Assembly (NCBI RefSeq): GCF_009914755.1
Contig: NC_060937.1
Source of the DNA: the human T2T-CHM13v2.0 reference genome, Homo sapiens
Reading direction: 5' to 3' (one strand)
DNA length: 64,000 nucleotides
The translations under genes and the position numbers were made by a program. Of the stretch, positions 36,661 through 51,419 are shown one piece after another; the first letter of the stretch is position 1, and every line of letters begins with the position of its first letter. The notes beneath the pieces are model-generated. The model worked only from the letters and a program-made list of their open reading frames with translations, had not been told where the DNA came from and did no database searches.

Positions 36661-37794
36661 AGCAAGCCAGAAGCTGAGTATGCAAAATTTAAGGGGTCAC
36701 TGTCAAGGTCAGCCAGTCATTCTCAAGGTCAGCCAGTTCAGGGTCACACAAACGCAGGACCGGGATTTGCAGAAATCTGAGAGTCTCCTTACATATTCCA
36801 GCCCTAGCTGCCTTGCTTGCCTCACCCTGGTCTTGGACCAAAGTACACAGTTTGGGAGGGAAACAGTCTCTGCCACATCCATCTACCTAACAAGACTGAA
36901 AAGAAATAGAATGTTCAATGTTTGATGCTTACCTATTTCATCATCATATATAAACACAAAAACAGAAATTATTTCCTTTTGTTTTTCTTTGCAATAAGAC
37001 TGTGATGATTACGTTTACACATTTAAAAAATCCTTAGCAAATATCTCTGAATTTGAGGAGTGCCAATTTTGTTATTCTATTTATTTTCAAATATAGATTA
37101 AAAAAATTCTTGTCAGCTTTTATTCCGGCCACTACAGTATTTAGCAGCAGAATATAAACTCTCCAAAACAGTGTACACACCCAGAGACTTTTTTGGAACT
37201 TAATTTCTTTGAAAATAAGTTTTGGTCTGTACATTTTGATTTCTTAATGGTTGTCGGACTTACAGTGCTTCTCTCAACTACTGCTCCCTTAAAATTCAGC
37301 GAGGCATTGTTAGGGCATGCTTTCCCATAATGAGCACATTATAGTAATGGTTGGAGAAGAAAAAAGACAAGAATGGCTGTGGTGTAATCTTCAAAATGTT
37401 CACATGGCTGTAATGCTGGTCATTTTAGGGAAACTGCCAAAAGGCTCATGAAGCAGTAAACATGCATTCTGTATTTAGAGAAGTAGTTTAACTTTCCGGA
37501 TAGCCAATTCCAACTTCAGTTTATCTTGCTTTATGTACAAAAGAGCTATGTGGATGTTGACAGCTTATGAGCAAATCATTCTACAAAATGTGGCCATTGA
37601 TCTGCTATTGAAAGAAGAGACAATGTTCTGTAGAAAGGCTGCAGCAAATACTAGTCGCTGTTATGAGTTAATGAAGTTTTTATTGTTAATTAAGTCTAGA
37701 AGAGTCTTTTCATCTACGAAGACTACTTTGCAGAAAGATCCAAAGTGATGTGTTTTTGCTTTTGCCTTTCCTTGTCTGGAAACTTTTGCACCCA

Positions 37795-38460
<666 letters not shown>

Positions 38461-39059
38461 CTCATGTTGTGCATTTTCTGTGTAAGCACACTCGGATAAG
38501 TTATTATTTATAAATATAAAGTAGGTATGAATTAAAGACCTCCGAGATGTTATCATAATGCCACACATGGAGCATTGTCAGCTCTCTTCATCAGTCTGGA
38601 ATCAGGACCTCCATGAACCACCTGCTTTGACACCAGGTACTCAGCAAGCTCTTGTGTTTTTCCGGCCCTGGTATATTTATTAGATACCTGAACCTGCCTA
38701 TGGCTTGGCTTTAGTTTGAAGAAAATCTCAGCCATATAACTTCAAACTGAAATGTTTTAGCACATATCATGGAAAGATAAAAACTCTTTCAAAAAACATG
38801 ACCACAGTATGATTATCATACTTCAAGCAGCAGGCATTATTAATATTCCATTATGGTAAGAAAGAAAATTAAAGAAAGTTAATTCATAACAAGCAATTTT
38901 TCATGTGGCCTTTATTTTTACTCGTATAGCAAAGGAAAGAGAAGGGAACGAGGGAAGGTGGGGAGAGAAAGAGGGAAGAAGAGAGAGAGATAAAAAGGAA
39001 GGTTAACAAGATAAAATACAAACAGCAGAGTCTAACAGCCTAAAATACAGGTGTGTGCT

Positions 39060-39479
39060 TATCTCAGCAGGGCTGACAACAGTCATCTTGCAGTGAAATA
39101 ATGAATTGGCTGAATTATCCTGAGAACTTACAGGTGATAAGAGAGATGCTCAAAGGATAGGAGAAAGATTCTATGAAGATTTGCTTAAAAACTTATTGTA
39201 AATGCTAGAAATTATAGACCAATCCATGCTAACTTCAGTTTATGTAAAAATATTGGAGCATGAAAATCAATTTGTAAACACTCAGATTGCAAGGTAATAA
39301 CTAACACCAGTTAGAAGAGCAAGTTATCAAAGACCAATCTAATAGCCTTTGCTGACAGAGCAGAGGACATTGTAGATAGCAGAAAAGCAATACATGCAAT
39401 ACATCTCAACCTCTGGATGGCCTCTGATTTTGTCCCATATGACACACTCATCAACAAGCAGAGAAAATATAGCTTAAAC
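39060..39479 (+). mobile_element. CR1/L3 LINE reverse-transcriptase remnant
   Basis: Translates to NYRPI / LTSVYVKILE (39210-39259) and KTNLIAFADRAEDIVDSRKAIHAIHLNLWMASDFVPYDTLINKQRKYSL (to 39479), matching CR1 RT motifs. Confidence 0.8.
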
Positions 39480-39989
39480 CAGTATTCCTCAAACTATGCA
39501 CTGTGACCCTCAAGGTTATCATGAAATGGTACCAAAGAGGTTACAGAATTTACAACTGTATTTCGTCTTCCTAGTGCTGGAGCCAGAGGAAGTCCCAGTA
39601 TGGAGAGAATATATCAGCAGGATGAGTGTAATTAGGAGATGTGCACAAGGAGAACAGAGAAAAATCCCAAAAAGACACTACTCATTCTCACATTCTCAGA
39701 TAACCAAGCCCTTCCACCAACCTTCCTCCAGCTGTTACAAAGACATTCATCCCTGCAACCGGCCAAAGCAGAAGGTCTGGTTAAGTCAGACCTCTAAGTG
39801 TTGATTTTCTCTTTTGCTTTAATCATTGTTTCTTGCTTATCAATAACATCAATATTACAAAATATATGTAAACTCAGATTAAGAATAAAAAAGTTTTTTC
39901 AGTATTCATGATATTCAAGCACTTCATATGTGTTTAGGGTATAAAATATTTAACTCATGTAAGGATATTTTTATTTAACAAATAACAGG

Positions 39990-40350
39990 CCCTATTAGTA
40001 ACTCATTTTATCCTCATAACAACTCAATAAGGTAGGAATTATTATTTACAGATGAGGAAATTGTGGCACAGAGCAATGAAGCAACTTGCCCACAATTACA
40101 TGTGAATATCTGGTAGGGAATAATTAGAGAAAGTTTCAAATCAGGCTGTTTGAACCCAGAGCCCAGGTCTTTAACCACTGCACTATGATGCTCCTCCAAA
40201 TGTGAAACATTAAGCACCGTGCTTAGTGCATAATATACTCAATAAATGTAAGCTATTATTATTAATATCAATCAATTCACACATCACCCTGTATTAGCCC
40301 ATTTGACAGATGAAGAAGCTGATGTATGATGAGTTTAAGCACTTGTGTAA
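39990..40350. mobile_element. Cluster of MIR fragments
   Basis: tttacagatgaggaaattgtggcacagag…aacttgccc…tttgaacccag (minus); MIR tail 40200-40265 (plus); cccatttgacagatgaagaagctga (minus). Confidence 0.8.
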
Positions 40351-41359
40351 GGAAAATACGAATGTTTTCAGATGTATATAATGAGTCAGAATGTGAAGAA
40401 GTGGATTCTTGATAAACTAAGCTGTCACAATAAGCTGATGAGTTCATTTGTGGGAGAATAAGGAGAGTTGCAAACTATTAGGCAGTGATCTTGAGATGCT
40501 TGATAGAGTCATGAAAGCAAATGGCAGAGAGCTGTACCAACGCATTTTTCTAAAGGAAACAAGGGATTCAAGTGAACTAAAATGATCATGCATTTTTTAA
40601 TAGCATCAGTCCAAACATTTGTAGGGTTTTCATCAGAAGAGGTTTCTTTCTTCTAAAAAAAAAATCTTTAAAAAAGAATAGATGAATTTGGGTGTTTCCC
40701 TGAGAAGAAAGGCAATTTTATAGTTCGATTGAATTTCAACTTTAAAATGTTTTGGAAAGAAGAAAGCTTCTCCTTTTGAATGTATTTCAATAGAAGGAGT
40801 TGAAAACTCTTGTTGTCTTAAAGGAACCAAGACGCAACTTTAAGCTATTGATACAAATTTCTCATATTCCTCAGTGGTAAATTAAATTTACACATTTGCT
40901 CTTGAATTTGTTGTGCCTGCATCTTCCCTTCTATTCATGCTAGAATATTTTGTATTTGCAAGTTTACAAAGAATTGTGGAATAAGAATAAAAGCAAGAAC
41001 ACTTGAGGATAAATGATTGTTTCTTCCATATGTAGTGGTCTGTTCATCACAGCATTGCTGCTCTATTTTGTGTGTGACAGATTGTCAAATTAAATGTTTT
41101 TCTGCCCTTTTTCATTTTCTCTGTTCATTTGTTATTCTAAAAATAGAATGTTTTTATTTTCTACACTACAAGAGGTCATTCCTTGTTTTTTCATGTTTGA
41201 ATTATTTTTCTAAATGAGCAAATAAAACATTAAAAAGAGTTTCAAAAAAATTTATGAATATTTATGGGGATAGCTAGGAAAAGATCAACTCAAAGAAGAG
41301 TATGTACAAGTCTACTTAGTGTTATATCAGAAATTCCTTCCATTTATTTAATTGTTCAT

Positions 41360-41527
41360 TTGTTTGCTTTAGAGATGGGATCTTTCTACACTGTAGGCTG
41401 GAGTACAGTGGTTATTCACAGGCATGATTATAGCTCACTGAAGTCTTGGACCCCTGGCCTCAAGTGGTCCTTCTGCCTCAACCTCCCAAGTAGCTGAAAA
41501 TACAGGCATGCACCACCACACTGGGTG
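41360..41527 (-). mobile_element. FAM (fossil Alu monomer)
   Basis: Monomer with the FAM-diagnostic segment gtggttattcacaggcatgattatagctcactg. Confidence 0.85.
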
Positions 41528-41561
41528 ACATTTCCTTCCTTTTAAGACTGAGAAATACTGC

Positions 41562-41563
<2 letters not shown>

Positions 41564-41593
<30 letters not shown>
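41564..41593. repeat. (TG)n microsatellite
   Basis: About 14 TG units. Confidence 0.95.
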
Positions 41594-41594
<1 letters not shown>

Positions 41595-43279
41595 CACATT
41601 TCATGTATCTATTTATCTTTTAACAGACACTTGAGTTTCTTTCACCTTTTGGCTATTGCAAATCATGACGCTATGAACATGGATGTACAATTATCTGATT
41701 GAGTCCCTGATTTCACTTCTTTTGGATATATATATGCAGAAGTTGAAATGACTGTATATTACGGCAATTCTATGTTTAATTATTTGAGGAACCACCATAA
41801 TGTTTTCATTAGCAGCCACACAATTTTATCTTCCCACCAGCGATGCACAAGGGTTCCAATTTCTCCACATCCTTACAAGTATTTTCTGTTTTATTTTTAA
41901 TAATAGTCACCCTAATGGTTATACCCTAATGGTGTTATCTTATTGTGGGTTTGATTTGCATCTCCCTGCTGATTAGTAATGCTGAGGATCTTTTCATGTA
42001 CTTAATGTATATTTTCTATGGAGTAATATCTATTAATGTTTTTTGCCTATTTTTAATTGGGTTGTTTGCTTTGTTCTTGAGATGTAATTTTTAATATATT
42101 CTGAATATTAATTTCTTATCATATATATGATATCATATATATGATTTGCCATATTGTCTCCCACTCTGTGGGTTGCATTTTCATTCTGTTAATAATGTTC
42201 TTTGAGGCACAAAAGTTTTTAATTTAGATGACGTCCAACTTATATATTTTTTCTGTTTTTGCTTGTGCTTTGGTGTCATACCCAAGAGATTATTGCTTAA
42301 TCTAGTGTCATGAAGCTTTCTTCCTGTTTTCTTCTGAGAGTTTTATAGTTTTAGCTCTTACATTTGCTTAGGGCTTTGATCATTTTCGGTTAATTTTTGT
42401 ATACGATGTAAGGTAAAGGTATCCAGTCTTTCCAAAAACAAGTTGTTAAAATGACTCTTCTCCTCATTGAATGGTGGGTCTTCATTGTCAAAAATCATTT
42501 TACCACATATGTGATGGTTTATTTCTGAGATCTCTATTCTATTCTATTAGTCTCTGTTTGCCTTTATGTCTGTATCACACTGTCTGGATTACTATAGTTT
42601 TGTCATATAATTTGAAATCAGGAAGTGCAAGATATATAACTTTGTTTTGCTTTTTTCAAGATTATTTTGGCAATTGAAGTTTTCTTTCGATTCCATATAA
42701 ATTTTAGGATGGAATTTTTTATTTCTGAGTAATTGAAAATTTTGATGGAGATTATATTGAATCTTTAGATAGCTTTGGGTAGTGACATCTTAATATTAAG
42801 TGTTCAATCTGCAAATATGAGGGAGCTATTTATTGGTGTCTTATTTAATTTCCTTCAATCTAAAAGCTGTATTGTTTTCTGTATAAAAGTGTTGCACCTT
42901 CTTGGTTAAGTTTATACTTAAATATTTTATTTTTAATGCTATTATCAATTGTATCATTTACTTAATTTTCTTTTCAGATGGTTCATTTTTAGTGTGTAGA
43001 AACGTAACTAATTTTTGTGTGTTGATTTTGTATTTTTGTGACATTGCAGAATTTTTTAATAGTTCTAATAGGTTTTCAGTATATACAGAAATTAGATTCA
43101 AGTAAATACAGAAAGTAAATATATAACAAATTTGTATATTAAATTACTGTGAGCAGGATAGATAAAACAGTTTTGGAACAACTGGATAATTTTGGAAAAA
43201 AGTAGATTCCATATTCATAGCATGCATTATAATAAACTCCAAATGGGTCATCAATTTTAATGAACTCATGACTTTAATA

Positions 43280-44045
43280 GATTCTCTTTCCTAGCTCTGT
43301 CCACTGAAAGGGCCAGGATGCAGTGACATGTTGCAAGCAAGGTTATATTAGTTTCCAAATACTATTTCCACCAAAAGGGGAGGACTCCCTGGAGTATTAG
43401 ATGATTCCAGGTCTTGCATTAGATAAACATGAAACATCTTATGCCAGAAAGCAAGGAATTGCTGAAAGAGTGATGGGAAGATGTCAAAAGAACATAGGAA
43501 CAACCACCTGACTGGCTAAATTTGAGACAATGTGAAAATAAAAAAAGACAATAATAGATTATAGAACATTGAATATCCAGAAAATAAAGACAAGGACCCT
43601 CAGACTAATCCAGGTGGTAGGACATTTCCTAAGACAATTGATCTGAACTCTTCGAAAAATGTTAGTGTCATGAAAAACTTAAATGAACAAAAAGGCAGGA
43701 TGCTGTTTAAGTAAAAGAGGACTAAAGAAACATAAAAAACTAAATGGCATGTGTGAACCTTGATTGGATCTTGGATTTAAAAACACAGCTATAAAGGTTA
43801 TCTTTGCAGATAATCAGGAAAACCTGAGTATGGACTGTGTATTAGAAAATATTGTATCAATGTTAAATTTCAAGTGGTTTTGTCATGAAGTGTGCATGTC
43901 TGTGAGAGAGAGGGATACAAAGAGATAAAGCAATGTGAGAAGATGTTAACAACTGGTGGATCTAAGTGAAGGATATATGCTGTTCATTGACCTATTCTTT
44001 CAATTTCCTATAGCTTTGCAATTCTTAAAAATAAAAAGTAGAGGA
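43280..44045 (+). mobile_element. L1MC4/5-like 3'UTR fragments
   Basis: tttcctagctctgtccactgaaagggcc…cttatgccagaaagcaagga…ccttgattggatcttgg…ctattctttcaatttcctat. Confidence 0.75.
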
Positions 44046-44259
44046 ATAAAAATAAATAATATTATTAAATAATTAAATTAAATAAATAAATTAAATTAAA
44101 TTAAATAAATAAATAATATTAAATAATTAAATAAATAAATTACATATATACATGAATATTTATATATGTAAATAATATTCATAGATCATGCAATTATATT
44201 ATTAAATAATTAAATTACCATTTATATATGTAAATAATATTCATAGATCATGCAATTAT
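44046..44259. repeat. AT-rich low-complexity tract with a perfect 40-bp direct repeat
   Basis: atttatatatgtaaataatattcatagatcatgcaattat at 44158-44197 and 44220-44259. Confidence 0.9.
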
Positions 44260-45887
44260 GTCAAGTTCTTTATAAATTAAGGCAAATGTAAGAAATAAAG
44301 GTACGAGTATATAAAGGAATAAATTATATAAATAGAAAAAATAGTTCTAATAGATTTTTGGGATATCTTCAGGGTTTTCTACATATACTATCTATCATCT
44401 TGCTAATAGAAATAATTTTGCTTTCTCTTTTCCAAAGGTTAATACTAATGCTAAGTTCCAATTTGGATACCTTGCATTTTTTTCTTGACTAATTGTTCCA
44501 GCTAGTATTTCCAATACTATGCATAATAGAAGTGACAAAAGACCTATTTTTTTTGTTCCTTTTAGAGGAATTATTTTTTTTTTCCTTTTAGAGGAAAAGC
44601 TTTTAGTCTTTTATCATTGAGTATGTTGGCTGTAGGTTTGTACATATAGGGCCTTTATTATGCTGAAGTAGTCGTCTTCTATTCCTAGTTTGTTGAGTGA
44701 TTTTATCATGAAAGGGTGTTGAATTTTGTTGAATGATTTTTCTGCATCAACTGAGATGATCATATTTTCCCTTTTTTCTACTAATGTAGTGTATTACATT
44801 AATTGATTTTTGTATGTTGAACTATCCTTGCATTCCAGGAATAAACTCCCCTTGGTCATGGTGTATAATCTTTTAATATGCTGTTAAATTTGGTCTTTCA
44901 GTATTTTGTTGTGGATTTGTACATCAATATTTATAAGGCATATTGTTCTACAATTTTCTATTCTTGCTTTGTATAAGGGTTATTCTTCTCCCTTTTAAAT
45001 TAAGAACTCATTAAAGTTGTCTTCTTTATTTCAGCTTTTTGCTTTTGATATTACCTGGTAGATTCTCATTTTTCCCTGAAGGTAATTCTGAGGAAACTAG
45101 AGTTAGGTGAGGGTTGGAGCCTCAGACAGACTTTTCTTTGGCAAGCACAGGGAGGTGGCAGATTGCAAACACTTATGATTTAACATCTTTTTTTGTTCTT
45201 GTCACAAATTTATAAACTGAACTGGATCCCATAATTAAGATAAGCCCTCCAAGAAAAGGGTTCGAGAAGAAGCCATATTGGTTGAAATATGTGCAAGTGT
45301 ACAGGTCAGTGTTGCTTAATTTTTTTTTTATCAAGGACTCCCAATATTGTTATATTTACTATTATTTTATTTAGGTGTCTTTAAACAAAAGCTATCTATA
45401 TCTAAACTCTCTCTACTTACAACTCTTACACAAAAGCAAGTTAAACTTCAAAGTTAAATACAAATTTTACCAAACAATACAATTCATTTTTTGGTGACAA
45501 TTTTATGTTACAAATGATGTTTTCCAAAAATAAAAGTGTCAGCTCACACAATGTCAATTGGTATCACAAAAAAGTATTTTGAATTTATCATGTTTGTACT
45601 GCTATTTATTTTGTGATGACTTAGTTTTTCCAGCACTTATCTTTATATTAATTACTGTAAAAATATTTATTTGCATGATATTCCCGTCTGTGATGTTATT
45701 TGGACTTTATTTGATCTAGAGAATCACTTACGTATTTGACCTACAGAATCACATACATATTTATTCTGCCTTCATTATTTTTCATTAGCTTGGGATCATT
45801 ATGTCAGTGCTATTTGGCATTGTTACCAAGGTAAACACAAACTGGAATATGGGCACAAAAGCAGTTTGGCAATAATTGAGTTTTAAA

Positions 45888-46192
45888 GGCTGGGCATGGT
45901 GGCTCATGCCTGTAATCCTAGCACTTTGGGAAGCTCATGTGGGAGGTTCGATTGAGTCCAGAAGTTTGAGACCAGCCTGGGCAACACAGTGAGACCCTGT
46001 TTCTACAAAAAATAAAAATAAAATTAGCCAGGCCCAGTGGCATGCACCTGTAGTCTCAACTACTTGGAAGACCAAGGCAGGAAGATTGCTTGAGCCCAGG
46101 AATTCGAGGTTGCAGTGAGCTATAATCGTGCCACGGCACTGCAGCCTGAACGACAGAGCAAATATCTTATCTCAAAACAAAATGAAAGAAAA
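45888..46192 (+). mobile_element. AluJ, full length
   Basis: AluJ diagnostics (gattgcttgagcccagga, cctgggcaacacagtgagaccctgt); heavily diverged. Confidence 0.95.
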
Positions 46193-47049
46193 CACCAAAT
46201 AATCCAAAGCATACCTCAGTTAATTCTTAAATTAATACCAAAATGAAAAACTCACATTTAAACTTCCTACCGTTGAATCATTAAAAAACACTGGTGAAAA
46301 GAGAAAGATACTGATTAGAGTACAGGGAAGAAGAAAGCTGGGGAGAGCAAAAGAACTCAAGGGCAAATGAGGGCAGGAAGTAGCCAGTTGCAATGGCTCA
46401 CGTGCTGCTTCTGTCCAAGGCAAGCAGGGTGATGGGCAGAAAACTGGGGGGAGGGACTCAGTGTCAGAGGTGTGGAGAGGCATGGGGTTAAGGAATAGGG
46501 TGAAAAGCAGTGTTTAGGGCCAAAGAAGGATAAAGAACCAAATCGATACTCACAAAAAAGCAAATCGCTATTTCAAGGGCCTAGCAGAGGCAGGAGCAAA
46601 AAGACTGGAATCTGAGAGGTTCAAATGGGAAAAAACGTTCAGGAAAATGGATGGAAGTAGAGTTTGAGGACTGAAGCCCAGCTCCAGGTGCTGACTGTCA
46701 TTGTCACTGAATGCATTTTCCCAGATGGATATCCAGAGTGGAGGAAGGATTAAAAATGTGTATGGCTTGAGAGACAAACAACTAGCTCCAAAAGTTTATT
46801 AGAGCCTAACCTTTCCTGGAACTGATATACACAGGGAAAGTATACAAGGCAACCAGGCCAACATAAGACAGAAATCAAAGTGACCACTCCAAGAATAACA
46901 GAGCATCTTTTCTGGCTTTGCCCCTCATTGCAGAGTTGTGGGAACTCTAACCATCCACCCACGGAAAACTCAACTAATGCATCCATTGCTTTATTTACTA
47001 AATTTTCAAATGCCTTTATTTTCCCAGGGAACTCCTAGGCAGTGGAAGC

Positions 47050-47500
47050 ATGATGATGAAAAATACAAGGACACTGACTTTCTGCCTCCTACAGTCAAAG
47101 CAGGGATGCAGAGCGATGGGCAAACACGCAACTGCCATACACAGTAAAGTGCAACTGCACATAGAAGGACCTTCCTCGTCAGGTTTAGCCAATTAGGGAA
47201 AGGTTCCTGGAGGAAATGATGTTTTGGGTGAGGTGTGAGTTAGTAAGCTGTGGGTGCAGGAAGGCGCATTGCATCAGGGAGAGGGAACACGATGATCAAA
47301 GACCTAACTGGTACAAGAGAGCTAATTAGGCCTTATGAAACCTGAAAGTCATTCAATCTAGCTTTTGTACGAGAGCTGTGGAAGAGGGATGAGTGTCAGT
47401 GACAAAAGATTTCTCTGGAAAGTAAAAGGGAACCCTAAGGAGCTACTTCAGAGCCACTGAAGTATTTTAAGCAGGGGAATAAAGTGATTTGTTTGAAAGA
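47050..47500 (-). mobile_element. L2 fragment
   Basis: agggaaaggttcctggaggaaatgatg…gagggaacacgatgatcaaagac…gagccactgaagtattttaagcagggga. Confidence 0.7.
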
Positions 47501-48124
47501 TCTTAAAAATTACATTATGGATGTGATCAAATATGACCTTCTTAACAGCCACATAGAATCTGCCATTTTGTAGGACTGCTCTGGCTCTTGACCTAACATT
47601 TGTAGTCACTCTCAGCGTTTACCAGGGGTTTCAAATGTAACTGCCTGCATGTTCAGGTAGGAAAGTAAAGGCATGAAGTGGGGCTGATATAAGATATTAA
47701 GGAGTGGTGGTGACTCTGGTAAAGGAGGGTATCTATACCTATCTCCACAACAACCATCACTTAGTTTCCACTGAGTTCCGGTGCACAGTAATGTTGGCCA
47801 GAGATTCTGAGTATCCTGTATAGACTCCTTATTTGTGAATGGAAAAAAAACAAAAAAACAAAAAAGCAAAAACAAAACTGTGAGCTAGGAGTTGCCTTCA
47901 AGTTACTAGTTTGGAACTTCTGTTATAGTTAGGAAAATCTGTAAATCTGTGAAGCAGATTTGTTGCCCGAGCAAACAACAATATTATCCTTGATTCCAAG
48001 AAGATAGCAATTGGTCAGGTTTTCTTTGTTTCTGTTTTCTTCAAAAATCCTCAATTTAATCAAAATGATTTAAATCAGCGTTCAGTTGTGCAGTGAAATT
48101 GATGGTAAAGCAAAGAAAAAATAG

Positions 48125-48540
48125 TGTGTTAGTCCATTTTTGTGTTGCTGTAAATAAATACCTGAAACTGGGTAATTTATAAATAAAAGAGGTTTAATTG
48201 GCTCATGGGTCTGCAAGCTGTACACAAAGCATAGTGCCAGCATTTGCTTCTGGTGAGGGCCTCAGGAAGCTTCCACTCATGACAGAAGGCGAAGGGGAGC
48301 TGGCATGTCTCATGGTGAGAGTGGGAGCAAGACAGAGAGAAGCGAGAGGTTCCACATTCTTTTAAACAACCTGATCTCACATGGACTAACTTAGTGAGAA
48401 CCCATTCATCACTAAGGAGGTGGTGCCAAACTGTTCATGACAGATCCTCCCCCATGATCCAACTACCTTCCACTAAGTCCTTTCTGCAATATTGGAAATC
48501 ACATTTTAATGTTGGAGGAGACAACATCCAAACCACAGAA
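48125..48540 (-). mobile_element. MSTB-like MaLR solo LTR
   Basis: tgtgttagtccattt…aacatccaaacca; 5-bp TSD aatag at 48120-48124 and 48541-48545. Confidence 0.92.
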
Positions 48541-48619
48541 AATAGTGATTTAAATATGCTGAAAGGAAATCTAAGTATAAAGTTTAGAATGAAAAGTATG
48601 GAATAGGGCACTATAAAAT

Positions 48620-48988
<369 letters not shown>

Positions 48989-51419
48989 GATAAACAAACT
49001 TTCTATTGGGCTAGGCAAACACTTTGTACATTTCAATATAATAATAATGATAATAATAATAATGAATATGCTTGTTCATGGAGAAACTAAAATGTTAGAG
49101 AAGAAGAATAAGAAAAATAAGAGAAGAAGAGGCTGAGGGTAAAATGAGAAAATAATTACTCATTTCCACCATCTGATATATATTATTATATACTTAAGAT
49201 GACTAATCAGTTGCTTGAAATCTAAATGCTGTTAGTAATGCATTCATAAAAGTCAATATTGAAGTTTCATTTTGTTATAATTTAAAATATTAACACTTTG
49301 TATTTCTCTTGTGCTTTGTGATTCATAAAAACTTTGTTGTTCAGTAGGATATAGTGAAAGTGAATGGAATTTAAGGAAGATGTTTCTGTCTATATTTCCA
49401 GTAACAAAACTTCATTTGCTTATTATACATGGTACTCTTGGAATTTATGAGACCTGGAAGTCCTGTCTACTAAAAAATTATATAATCTCCATCAAGACTC
49501 TTAAGCATCTGTGTTTCTCAGTTTCTTACCTGTAGGAAAAAACGTCTTAGCTGAGGTTATAAAATATACATTTAACACTTGGAAATAAGGCAAAAAGTTG
49601 AGCTGTATGCCCTTTAATGTTATATTGGGTCAATGTTTAAGAACCTTTGACTATTTATTATTTGATTAAACCCCAATTTAAACAACTGGAAATGTAAATT
49701 TTTTAAAAAAGCAAATACATAAAAGCCTATTTAGGGAAATTGGGGTATTTATTTGACTATTTTGATGCATCTACCTCTTACTGTTCTCATTCTCACATTT
49801 TATTCTAATTTAAAGTCTAAAATATTTTCAGTTATATATTGAATTTGACTTATTTTATAGGCTTCAGCAATGTTTTATCTTCCTAAGAAACATAAGAAAT
49901 TATTCTGGAAAAAAAAAACCCACTTCAATAAAATTTAAGGAAAACCACTAAGGGCATTTCATTTTTTTATAAACAATATACACAGCTGTAGCGATGTTGG
50001 CAGGAACACATGCCAGAGAGCTACGTACTTGCTTCTACAAACTGTTCTGTTCACCCTTTATCCAGTAACAGCTGGTAAAATGCTATTTAAGAACAGTTTG
50101 ATTTAATCTAATGAGAAACTATGCTGCAATGCCTGATATTGCCTGTGGAAAATAATTGGACAAACATTGATTTTTTATGTTGCTATAATAGGTACATTTC
50201 CAATAAATAGAAATTTATATGCATACTTATTTGGCAACATTCGTCTCCTGTGAAAGCTAGTGTTTGGTTCTTCATACACATATACAGGCACATACACATA
50301 CATGTATATACATATACATGCACAACACACATAAATTAACACCCAGTGTATATACGTATACTACAAAATTTTAGTGTTATTGATGCCAGAAAACAAAATC
50401 CTATTTGGAATGCGTTTAAGACTTTACAGTTATTTTCAAAAACAAAATTATGCACAGAGAAGGCAATAGTTTGGGTAACAGAACTCTCCAACAACTGAAG
50501 CTGTAAACACTGAGCAAAGAATCTATGAGACCAAGTAACAAATTAGCACACACTTCAGTCTCTTGAAATGAACAAAGAGAAGAAAGAGCCTCCTGAATCT
50601 CTCTACATTCCATCCTGGAAACCTCAATAGATTCTTCTGAAAGAGTAAACATGGTGTGTGGTTGCTCGTACATGCAAACATGCACGATCTTCTCTGTTTC
50701 TTTTTCTTATATCTTCTCAATTCCAAATTCTGCAATCACTGGAACAAGAAAAGCTGCCCCAGTGGGATTTCTGTCATGATTTGCTTTAGAAAGTACTCGA
50801 AACCACAGATGACCATTACTTGCCAAAATTTGAGTCAGGATTTGTTGACGCATAAGGTTCAAATAATTTGTATAAACATCCAAGCACTTAGACAGTATCC
50901 AAGATATTTCTTTTTCTTGGAAGAAAAAAAAATCATCTGTAAACTATCTTTTATTGTTTTATAATTGCCCCCTTATTTGTTACCCACATTTCATTTTAGA
51001 TTGTAACTTTTTTGATGATAGGATATGATACCTAAGCAAGGCTGAGTTTATAATAGGTACTAGGTTTGATAATACCTAGCTATATAAACATATTATGAAA
51101 TAAATGTTATTTTCTTTGGAATGAGAATTTCTAACAAGGAGAGAGTTATATTTGCTGAAAGAATTGTTCAAATCCTCCAGATAGGTTGCAGAATCTCATG
51201 GGGCTATAGACTTTTATTTTCCTCATCATACTCAGGCTTGATAAAGTCCAGGGGAACTGCTATGCATGAGACCTAGGGACTAATGGTAGGAAGAAAATTT
51301 CCTAACAGAACTCCAGGGCCCTGGATGACAGAAAGTAGACACTTGAGTCAAGCCTTGACAAATAAATGAAATTGTTTAAAAAATAAGTTAAAAGAAAAAT
51401 TAAGAAATTCTAAGTGAAG

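Larger units (their letters stand above)
41320..44960 (-). mobile_element. L1MB-like element (ORF2 3' half), interrupted by FAM and a 1.26-kb insert
   Basis: Antisense ORF2 41530-43076 resumes in register at 44340-44960. Confidence 0.85.
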
